Positions 28,605 to 36,814 of a DNA stretch of 64,000 bases are shown here, in pieces. The position numbers were made by a program, and so were the translations under genes. The DNA is from Candidatus Heimdallarchaeota archaeon (lineage in GTDB: Archaea > Asgardarchaeota > Heimdallarchaeia > Heimdallarchaeales > Heimdallarchaeaceae), in the NCBI GenBank assembly GCA_030603365.1, contig JAUVXV010000004.1, positions 128,001 through 192,000 on the forward strand. Reading direction: 5' to 3'. Positions within the stretch are counted from its first letter, which is position 1. Every line of letters begins with the position of its first letter. The notes under the pieces were generated by a model. That model worked only from the letters and a program-made list of their open reading frames with translations. It was not told the origin of the DNA and searched no databases.

Positions 28605-29576
28605 ATGTACTTGAAAAGTATGAATTTATTACAAGAAATCTTAATTGCTGAGAAAAGAGTTAGAAAACATATAGATAAAACACCTCTAATACATTCTCCT
28701 TATCTTAGTGAACAAGGAAATTGTAATGTTTATTTGAAATCTGAAAACCTTCAAAAAACTGGTTCATTCAAGATAAGAGGAGCTTTCAATGCAATACTTT
28801 CTCTTTATGAGGAACAAAATATAACTGATTTTGTAACTTCTTCTTCTGGAAATCATGGTAATGCTTTTGCACACGTTATACAAGAGTTAAATCTTAATGG
28901 ACTAATATTTCTGCCAGAAAATGCATCTCAGGCAAAAACTGATACTTTGAAGGAATGTAGTTCAGAAATTAGATTTTATGGAACTGATTGTGTAGAAACT
29001 GAAGTCTTTGCTAGAAATTTTGCTTTAGAACAGAGTTTGCCATTTATTTCTCCTTACAACGATGTGAATATTATTGCGGGACAAGGAACTATAGGAGTTG
29101 AACTTGAAGAAGATTTAGCACAAATAGATTGTGTTTTCGTTCCAATAGGTGGTGGAGGTTTGATCTCAGGAATAGCTTGCTATATGAAAAACAAGCGAGA
29201 TGCTATTCACATAATTGGATGTCAGCCACAAAATTCCCCAGTGATGTATGAATCAATTAAAGCGGGAACTATTATTGAGATGAAATCTGAACCCACTCTA
29301 TCTGATGGCACAGCTGGAGGAATCGAACCCAATTCAATAACATTTGATTTTTGTAAAAAATATGTAGACGATTATGAACTGGTTACAGAAGATGAAATTA
29401 AAAATGCAATAAGATTGGTTATGACTGAGCACAATATGATAATTGAAGGAGCTGGAGCTTTAAGTATAGCTGCTTTTCTGAAGAAGAAAGATGAATTCAT
29501 TGAAAAGACTGTGGTTTTAGTTATTAGTGGTTCAAAGATTAACCCCAAAGAATTCAACGAGATTATAAGCAAGTAA
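28605..29576 (+). CDS. Threonine/serine dehydratase family PLP enzyme
   Basis: ENLQKTGSFKIRGA, SSGNHG, AGQGT, PIGGGGL. Confidence 0.9.
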   Translation: MYLKSMNLLQEILIAEKRVRKHIDKTPLIHSPYLSEQGNCNVYLKSENLQKTGSFKIRGAFNAILSLYEEQNITDFVTSSSGNHGNAFAHVIQELNLNGLIFLPENASQAKTDTLKECSSEIRFYGTDCVETEVFARNFALEQSLPFISPYNDVNIIAGQGTIGVELEEDLAQIDCVFVPIGGGGLISGIACYMKNKRDAIHIIGCQPQNSPVMYESIKAGTIIEMKSEPTLSDGTAGGIEPNSITFDFCKKYVDDYELVTEDEIKNAIRLVMTEHNMIIEGAGALSIAAFLKKKDEFIEKTVVLVISGSKINPKEFNEIISK

Positions 29577-29588
29577 TGATGTTTTTAG

Positions 29589-30086
29589 TTAATATTCAGT
29601 TAATGTGCCGATTCTTAAATTATCATCATTCTCAAACAAATCTAGTTCTATAATGGAGTTCATCTTTTCTCTACCTAATAGTTGGGTAATCATATAATAA
29701 TCAGATGGAATAATATTCTCTTTTTCGACAGATATTTCTTCTTTAGTAAACCATCGTAATTCTCCTTCGGCAGTTTCTTTCAATATATCTGAATCTGCTA
29801 TAGTTAAACAAAGAATAATTAAGAATTGTTTATGTGTTTTAGCAGTTATCCCGTCTTTCAATTTCTCATTCAAAATAGCTTTTATCCCCTTCCATTTAAC
29901 AGATAAGCCTGTTTCCTCTTGTATTTCTCTAAGAAGTGCTTCTCTAATTCCTTCATCAAAGTTCATTTTTCCTCCAACTAAAGCCCATTTTTGTTGATAG
30001 TCTCCCCTTTTTCTTTTGATAAGTAACCACTTATTATTGCGTTCAATCCCTCCTATAACTATGTTAAGAATTCGTTTTTGTTCCAT
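29589..30086 (-). CDS. NUDIX hydrolase
   Basis: GGKMNFDEGIREALLREIQEETGL Nudix box. Confidence 0.9.
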   Translation of the reverse strand: MEQKRILNIVIGGIERNNKWLLIKRKRGDYQQKWALVGGKMNFDEGIREALLREIQEETGLSVKWKGIKAILNEKLKDGITAKTHKQFLIILCLTIADSDILKETAEGELRWFTKEEISVEKENIIPSDYYMITQLLGREKMNSIIELDLFENDDNLRIGTLTEY

Positions 30087-30196
30087 TATTAAGTTCTAAA
30101 ACATTATAATTCTAAACTTTTACTCTAGTATTTTAAAAATCTTTAAAGTCATAACATTCTTAAACATTCAAAGTTCATGCTCTTTAGCGAAGCCCA

Positions 30197-30799
30197 ATGA
30201 CTAACTTCATTCAGAATTTCAGACGTTCAATTCGTAGGAAACTAGGCTACCCAGAAGTTTCTATCCTTGTTTTAGGAGATAATAATCCTGCTACTAGGAA
30301 TCGGGCTCTACTAACTAAATCAGAAACATCTCTTAATGAGTTTATCATTGATAACTCTTTAGTAGAACTGCCTTATGCTTTGAACTTTAAATTCAAACAT
30401 AATCTATTTGTTCCATTTGAAGGCTTACTGTATTTCATTGATTCAACAAAAGAAGAAATGATAAAACATGAAAGAAATTTCCTTTGGGAGAAAATCGTCT
30501 GGAATGCTGAAACTCAGAATTTACCTATTGCTCTCTGCGCATATAACTCAAATTTACAAGGAGCATTATCCAGAGGGGAATTAATAGAAAATCTTTCTTT
30601 GATTCGATTAACAGATAGACTCTGGAATCTCTTTGAGACACCAGAAGTGCCATCTATAATTGAAGCACTAAAGTGGCTGAAAAAGGTAATTCATATAGGC
30701 TATGTTAAGTCATGGGAAGAAAAAGAAAAATTATTATTAAAAATTAAACCTGTAGAAATTCAGATCACTACAGAAGAAGAAAATGATCTAGATGTATAA
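30197..30799 (+). CDS. Degenerate Arf-family GTPase-like protein (pseudo-GTPase)
   Basis: Arf-like segments EVSILVLG, GLLYFIDS, LPIALCA, LSLIRLTDRLW and IIEALKWL; P-loop GKT, DxxG and NKxD are all lost. Confidence 0.7.
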   Translation: MTNFIQNFRRSIRRKLGYPEVSILVLGDNNPATRNRALLTKSETSLNEFIIDNSLVELPYALNFKFKHNLFVPFEGLLYFIDSTKEEMIKHERNFLWEKIVWNAETQNLPIALCAYNSNLQGALSRGELIENLSLIRLTDRLWNLFETPEVPSIIEALKWLKKVIHIGYVKSWEEKEKLLLKIKPVEIQITTEEENDLDV

Positions 30800-30816
30800 T
30801 AAAAGAGGTACCTCTA

Positions 30817-32367
30817 ATGACACTCTCAATACAGAATTTAATGAAAGACGGGTATGAAGGATTTTCCGTTAGATCGATTTTAATGAATCCTGAATTCCGA
30901 GACAGAGTTTTAAAAGATGTTAGCGTAAGAGGAAACGAAGTAGGTAAGAACCTTGTGATGGATAAACTCGCAGTTGGTGGAAAGGTTCTACTTACAGGTC
31001 CAACCGGTGAAGCTAAAACACTGTTTGCTAGAGTACTACTTGACCATTTAGTCAGAGAAATCAACAATTTCAAATACCACATAGCTGATTGTCCATTTTT
31101 AGAAGATGCTGGATATATCATTGATATTATAGAAAACTTTCCTGCAAATCCTTTTGCTGGTATTCGTGTTATGCAATCCCTATGTCCTTATTGTAGGAAT
31201 AACATTGAAACTATTCTATCAAAAGATGGAAACGTTGTTCAACTAGATAACACCAACAGTGTTCTAGAAATTTCTCCAAAGGAAATAGTAAGTAGATTAG
31301 GAAAACTGGAAGCAGGTAAAACAACTGTTCGTAGATCACAACTAGACCCAAGAACTGATCCTGAAAGTCTTTATATGTTATTGGCTGGAGTTGAAAACTT
31401 AGAAGAATTATTCGGAAAAGATACTTCAACAACATTTGCAGCTACTTCACATAAAGTAGGAGTTCTATCTCACGGATTCATTGTAGTTAACGAAATCCAA
31501 AGACTCCCACTTAGTCTGCTAGAATCCCTCATGGGTTTTCTTGAAGAACCAATGGGTATCAAGTATAACATTCAAGGAGAACCAGTTTATATCGATGGTG
31601 CAGTTCTTTTCACTTCAAATGCTCCTTTAACAGTTTTTGGAGAAGAAAGTCAACCTATTATCAATCGTATTCCTGAAGTTCTTTGGCCCGCACGTTCAGT
31701 AGAAAGCAGAGAACAAATCCTCAAAGATATGTTCGATGAACAATTAGTTCTAACAAGAAAGAAAATTACTGCTAATCCTTCAATTATTCAATTGCATGAA
31801 CTTGGAAAAGAAGCAACTGACTATGTAAGCAGACTAGCACTGGATTTCTTGGCTTTCTTGGGAAACAATTCACTTCCTGAATCACTTAAGACCAAAGGAT
31901 TACGTTCTGAAAGTAGATTGGCTCGTAATGATTTTTACTCAGGTCTTGATGAAGTTCACGACCCACAAAGGAACCCACATATTGACCTTCGTACTATGAA
32001 TAACATCATTGGAGAAACTGTGTTGTTCCAAATAAGAGAAGGCAAAGATTCAGATATAAACGTTATAACACTGGAAAAAATACGAAACACTATGGGTGCA
32101 TATGATGTTCCTGCTTCAATGATAAATGATGCTTTACAACAATTAAAAATCGTTTTACGAACAGCCATTAAGGAAGCTGAAGTCTCAATCAATGTTAAAG
32201 ATATATCAGAAGACATTTCAAAAATGAAAGCTTTAAGTGATGCTGAAATGTCAGAACTCATTGTAAAGTTTGAAGGTCTTGATAGATTCAAAGAGAATAT
32301 TCGTAACAAAATAGTGGAAAAACTCCAATTATCATATGAACAGTTACTAAAGGTAGATTATATCTAA
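30817..32367 (+). CDS. PrkA/YeaG-like AAA+ ATPase
   Basis: Walker A variant GPTGEAKT, YHIADCPFLED (cf. PrkA YAIKGCPMHED), LCPYCR, Walker B variant FIVVNE, sensor-1 FTSN, Arg finger IINR. Confidence 0.75.
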   Translation: MTLSIQNLMKDGYEGFSVRSILMNPEFRDRVLKDVSVRGNEVGKNLVMDKLAVGGKVLLTGPTGEAKTLFARVLLDHLVREINNFKYHIADCPFLEDAGYIIDIIENFPANPFAGIRVMQSLCPYCRNNIETILSKDGNVVQLDNTNSVLEISPKEIVSRLGKLEAGKTTVRRSQLDPRTDPESLYMLLAGVENLEELFGKDTSTTFAATSHKVGVLSHGFIVVNEIQRLPLSLLESLMGFLEEPMGIKYNIQGEPVYIDGAVLFTSNAPLTVFGEESQPIINRIPEVLWPARSVESREQILKDMFDEQLVLTRKKITANPSIIQLHELGKEATDYVSRLALDFLAFLGNNSLPESLKTKGLRSESRLARNDFYSGLDEVHDPQRNPHIDLRTMNNIIGETVLFQIREGKDSDINVITLEKIRNTMGAYDVPASMINDALQQLKIVLRTAIKEAEVSINVKDISEDISKMKALSDAEMSELIVKFEGLDRFKENIRNKIVEKLQLSYEQLLKVDYI

Positions 32368-32401
32368 GGTGATCTTACTTTAACTTTGCAGAGTTGATAA
32401 A

Positions 32402-33787
32402 ATGCCCCATCGAATAAATTTCGTAACTGAAGCAGAATTTGCTGATCCATTGCAACACTACAGTAACCAAGAGTTTGTTCTTGAGTTTGAAGATGCTGCT
32501 CAAGTGTTAAAATTATGGCGAAATCCACATTTGGGTAGAAGTTCTCGTGAAGGTGCAGTTTTATCCATTGCTTCTAAAAATGCTGTTGCAGTAGAAAACA
32601 TAATACAGAAAATTATGAATACATACTTGACTGCTGCTGAAGAAGAACGACTAGTTAATGAAATTAAACTCCTTCGTTTTATTGGTGAACGCGTACTTCC
32701 AGATGTTTTGGAAAGAGTAAATCGTAACGAACTTCAAACAGTAGAAGATATTCTAAAGTATATTCAGGAACTTCTGAAGGAAATAAAACATGAAGGGTCT
32801 GTTGACCTTCAACGTTTAGCAGAAAAACTCAATCAACTGAAGGATATTGTAGATATTGAAATTACTGATGCTTTTGGAAGGAAAAAGAGAATCTCACGAG
32901 AAAGTGTCATGGACCTTCTAGGGAAAATCCTCGGTAGATATTTAGTGAAACAAATATCTGTTGCACCAATTGATGAAGTTCAAAAGCGCCCTAGAGGCAC
33001 AATTAGATTAAAAGAAACTTATCGTAGAGCGATATTAAGTTCTCAATCTGTTCCTCCTACTAAAGTGAAACAAGAAGATATAATGAGAGTTAAGAAAGAT
33101 CGTCGATCTTTAGTGTATCTAATTGTTGATATGAGCCAATCTATGCGGAAAAGTGTTTTTGAAGGAGGGATGTCTCGTTTAGATGGGGCACTTCTTACTA
33201 GTCTCAGTTTATACTACTATTTCAAGACACTCAACAGAAGAAAAAGGAAAAGCTATGATATGTTCAAACTTGCTGTTGTTCCTATTAGAAAGAATCCTAC
33301 AGTTATAGATGGTGATAACAACATGGAGCAACTTCTACTCACAGCTGAAGCACGTGGAAAAACATATATGGTTCAAAGCGTTCTCGCTGCGATTGAGCAT
33401 GCAAAAAGTCAATATATAGAGAAAGATATTGACGTTCAGTTCACAATTGTAACAGATGGAATGCCTAATGTGCCTTCTTATCCCTTCAAGCACCGCACAA
33501 ATAAAGAACTCAAGAAGTATTTCGATGAGATTGATACTAAAACTAGACCAAATACTATAGAATGCTTACTACAACTTAACGGAATCTTTTCAAGTTTAAA
33601 GAATGACCGGTCAAGAAACTGGAATGTGTCTTATTTCTTAATGGGGCCAGATTCACTAAGAAACAAGGAAATCTATATACATACCAAAAGAATGCTGAAA
33701 GGAATCACAAGGCCTATATTAGTAGACCCAGCCCAAGTTAGGAATCTTGGAGAACAGATACTAAGGGAGAGTATTTTATATGCTTAA
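32402..33787 (+). CDS. vWA-domain protein (YeaH/CoxE-like)
   Basis: MIDAS DMSQS...T...TDG, preceded by GTIRLKETYRRA. Confidence 0.85.
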   Translation: MPHRINFVTEAEFADPLQHYSNQEFVLEFEDAAQVLKLWRNPHLGRSSREGAVLSIASKNAVAVENIIQKIMNTYLTAAEEERLVNEIKLLRFIGERVLPDVLERVNRNELQTVEDILKYIQELLKEIKHEGSVDLQRLAEKLNQLKDIVDIEITDAFGRKKRISRESVMDLLGKILGRYLVKQISVAPIDEVQKRPRGTIRLKETYRRAILSSQSVPPTKVKQEDIMRVKKDRRSLVYLIVDMSQSMRKSVFEGGMSRLDGALLTSLSLYYYFKTLNRRKRKSYDMFKLAVVPIRKNPTVIDGDNNMEQLLLTAEARGKTYMVQSVLAAIEHAKSQYIEKDIDVQFTIVTDGMPNVPSYPFKHRTNKELKKYFDEIDTKTRPNTIECLLQLNGIFSSLKNDRSRNWNVSYFLMGPDSLRNKEIYIHTKRMLKGITRPILVDPAQVRNLGEQILRESILYA

Positions 33788-35354
33788 AGAAGAACTTGCG
33801 GAGATAATTGTTGTTTATCAAAATGCTCGTGAGGATTTCAAAACTCTTGTAGGAGAAACTCCTGAAAATTATAGAGTTCTTATTTTTCTTGACCCTGAAA
33901 TGCATGTTTCTGTTAATCGAGTGGTAGAGGTCACAGGAACTCCTCAAGCTATACTAACTTCTGAGCAGATAACAAATCTTAGATCTGCAAGGATAAGTGA
34001 ATTTCTTCCTACTGGAAAAGAAACTGTCTATAATTCTCTTCCTACACTAATTTATCTATCAGTACCCTCCTACGAACTAACAATGGAGGAAGAACTGACC
34101 TTAAGAGTGATGCTTATTCATGCTTTTGCTCATGCTCTTATGAATGAGAAAACTGAATCAAATTCAGCGAGAGTTTTGGCTCAACTATATCAATTGGATG
34201 TTATACTCAAGGAACTAATGAGTAACAATGTTTTCCAGTTGAATAAAGTATCAAAAGACAAACATGTTTGGGCTTGGCAGTATTTCCAAGATTTAATTGG
34301 TGTAATAAGATTATTTACAGAAGCAGGTGTGGACGATTTCTATACTCCTCCTGAAGAAGCAAGAAAGTATACTCTGTTCAATAACTTTTCAATTGAAGCA
34401 ATAAATCTCATAGGAGAACGAGCAAAAACTGCAAGAAAGAAACATCTTCACGATATTATAGATGAAGGATTTGCTCATTATATACAACAAAAAGCAATAG
34501 AATACTTGTTAAAGAAAGATGAATACAAGCTTCCAAAAAGACATGAAGATAGATCCATAATATATCCAAATGGATTAAAAGCATTTTTAGCTCCTCCAGT
34601 AGGAGTTTTCAGTCAAGTAGCTATTAACAAACTTCTTACTAAATATAAAGATGAAAAGGAGATGTTTTCTAAATTATTCTCCTACAAATCTGATATAGAG
34701 TTTCTTGAAGAATTTACTTGGGATGAAATAAAGGATTTATTGGCAGTTAACAAAAATGCTCATTCAGAATATGTTGTAGATCATTGGCACTCATCAATAA
34801 GTAGATGGTCAGATATATGGTCTGTCTATGCTTATGGATGGAGGCAGATAGAAGAATACGTAAGTAAAGTTTTCAGAAGAAAATATTCTACTTTTGGTCA
34901 ACTTCTTGATGAAAATCCAAGTATTTCTTTTAAAGGATATGTTAAAGTGGATAACAAGAAAGTATATGTTTTTGAGGCTAATGATTATGGTATTGGAATA
35001 GATCAATTAGTCATTCTTCACAATCATATGTCTCTTTATAGAGATGATTTCAAAACAATTCTTCCTGCTTTTGCTGATGTGATTGTCTTTAAGAAAGTTG
35101 GAGGAATTCATGTTGCTACTTTATTTGCAGTCCACAAGGCCAAGTATAAATCTCTCTCGCCATATAACTTACCAGTTATAACCAGGGCAGTTCAAGTGAC
35201 AAAAAGAAAGGATGCATATAAGTTTGATTTAGACGAGGAAAAGGAAGCAAAATTCGAAATTAGAAATATTGACTATACACATCTCAGAAAGTTGACTCAA
35301 CCTCAACGAGGTGCTATTAGTTATCTAATAAAGGAGGGGTTGTTTGAATTATGA
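33780..35354 (+). CDS. SpoVR/YcgB-like zincin-fold protein
   Basis: ETVYNSLP, HAFAH and IIDEGFAHY parallel SpoVR ELVINSDP, HVxxH and MNEGWASY. Confidence 0.65.
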   Translation: MLKEELAEIIVVYQNAREDFKTLVGETPENYRVLIFLDPEMHVSVNRVVEVTGTPQAILTSEQITNLRSARISEFLPTGKETVYNSLPTLIYLSVPSYELTMEEELTLRVMLIHAFAHALMNEKTESNSARVLAQLYQLDVILKELMSNNVFQLNKVSKDKHVWAWQYFQDLIGVIRLFTEAGVDDFYTPPEEARKYTLFNNFSIEAINLIGERAKTARKKHLHDIIDEGFAHYIQQKAIEYLLKKDEYKLPKRHEDRSIIYPNGLKAFLAPPVGVFSQVAINKLLTKYKDEKEMFSKLFSYKSDIEFLEEFTWDEIKDLLAVNKNAHSEYVVDHWHSSISRWSDIWSVYAYGWRQIEEYVSKVFRRKYSTFGQLLDENPSISFKGYVKVDNKKVYVFEANDYGIGIDQLVILHNHMSLYRDDFKTILPAFADVIVFKKVGGIHVATLFAVHKAKYKSLSPYNLPVITRAVQVTKRKDAYKFDLDEEKEAKFEIRNIDYTHLRKLTQPQRGAISYLIKEGLFEL

Positions 35355-36124
35355 GTTTCCTAGATTTCTTACGCGGATTAACAATAGGAAGAAAACTAAA
35401 AAGTGAAGATCCATTAGATCGTGCATATTTCTCTCTTTTCATACGAAGAAGAGGAAAAGCTAAGGATATTAAAAGAATTTACCCTTTGATTGAGGATTCG
35501 GATTGGAATGTGAGAAATGCAGCAGCAGCTACCATTATAGAATTAGCTTCTAAATATCCAGAAATCAAAAAGAATGTTCTTAATCACCTTCATAATCTAA
35601 TTGAAAATAGCTCTTTGGCAATTAAACTTTCTACTTTGGAAGTTTTAGGTCATCTGAAAGATTATGGTTCAAAACCTTACTTAGTTAAGATTTTGGAAGA
35701 AAGTGATTATGATCTTCAATATGCAGCTATACGCGCAATTGGTTATTTAGATGATGTTGATGTTCTTAATCCACTTAAAAACGTAGTTTATGCAAGAGAT
35801 TATATCACAAGAAGAGCAGCAATACTCTCCGTTGTCAGAATTGCAAATTCAGTTAAAGAGGAAGAACAAGTCGGAAAATTAACCGATCATATGCATATTG
35901 TAATGGAATCTTACCTTGAATTAGAAGAGTTAGGGGAGACTATTTGTAAGATAATGGATTTTGCAGAAGTAGATAAACTACCTGAAATGAAAGGATATTC
36001 AGAATCAGAAATTGTTAAATTGGAAGGATTAATTGAGCAAAAAGATTATAGCGTTGAACTCTACCAGAATTTCGCTAGATTGATTTTTCCTGTATATTTC
36101 CCACTTGATGAGGAGGAAAACTAG
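35351..36124 (+). CDS. HEAT-repeat protein
   Basis: DSDWNVRNAAA, ESDYDLQYAAIRAIG, RDYITRRAAI; ATGA overlap with the upstream gene. Confidence 0.85.
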   Translation: MSFLDFLRGLTIGRKLKSEDPLDRAYFSLFIRRRGKAKDIKRIYPLIEDSDWNVRNAAAATIIELASKYPEIKKNVLNHLHNLIENSSLAIKLSTLEVLGHLKDYGSKPYLVKILEESDYDLQYAAIRAIGYLDDVDVLNPLKNVVYARDYITRRAAILSVVRIANSVKEEEQVGKLTDHMHIVMESYLELEELGETICKIMDFAEVDKLPEMKGYSESEIVKLEGLIEQKDYSVELYQNFARLIFPVYFPLDEEEN

Positions 36125-36390
36125 AACCTTCTCCTTCTAAATTTGTCTGTGCAGAAATCCACAAACTCTTTTCCTATTTCATTCAAGTCTTTTTCTTGTT
36201 TCCATTTCTTTTCAGTATGTTCTTGTATTTCTAGACCACAAAGATGAAAACATGTTGATATTAAGGCAAATCCCATCATTCTTTCTCTAAGGTTGTCAGA
36301 ATCTATCAGTTTCAAAGCTCTCTTTTGGTGGGGATTTATCACTTCAGATTCTTCGTAAAAAACTTGATCTGTCTCTGTGGTAACAATCAT
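36121..36390 (-). CDS. Hypothetical protein
   Basis: ORF with protein-like composition; ATG at 36390 is the likelier start. Confidence 0.55.
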   Translation of the reverse strand: MIVTTETDQVFYEESEVINPHQKRALKLIDSDNLRERMMGFALISTCFHLCGLEIQEHTEKKWKQEKDLNEIGKEFVDFCTDKFRRRRF

Positions 36391-36467
36391 TATTATTATA
36401 GAATCGTTATTTGAGTATATAAAACTACAATAAACGGTAAGCAAGGCTAGAAAATTTTTGTATTACT

Positions 36468-36677
36468 CTACCTGACTACTTTTCTTTCTTTCATTTGGTC
36501 AATTGAGTAGAAAACACAGATACGTTTCATATCTTTATCTTCATGAGGTAAAGAGTACCAAGCACGAACTCTTCCATGGGGAGCTTCAATACTTCTGTAA
36601 AGTTTTTCTAAGTAACTCATAATATTTTGATCTTCTAATTCGTCTTTCGGAATGTCGAAGTAATTTATGAATTCCAT
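36468..36677 (-). CDS. Hypothetical small protein
   Basis: 69-aa ATG ORF filling intergenic space. Confidence 0.6.
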   Translation of the reverse strand: MEFINYFDIPKDELEDQNIMSYLEKLYRSIEAPHGRVRAWYSLPHEDKDMKRICVFYSIDQMKERKVVR

Positions 36678-36814
36678 ATAATGTTAATTGTCAAATATCT
36701 TTTTTAAAGAGTGTATTACATAGCTGTTACATTTAGAAAGAGAAATATCTACTTTATATTGTGAAATCTTTCTTCAAAATAAACATCCTTTTTAATTTGA
36801 AATAGATAGGAAAG

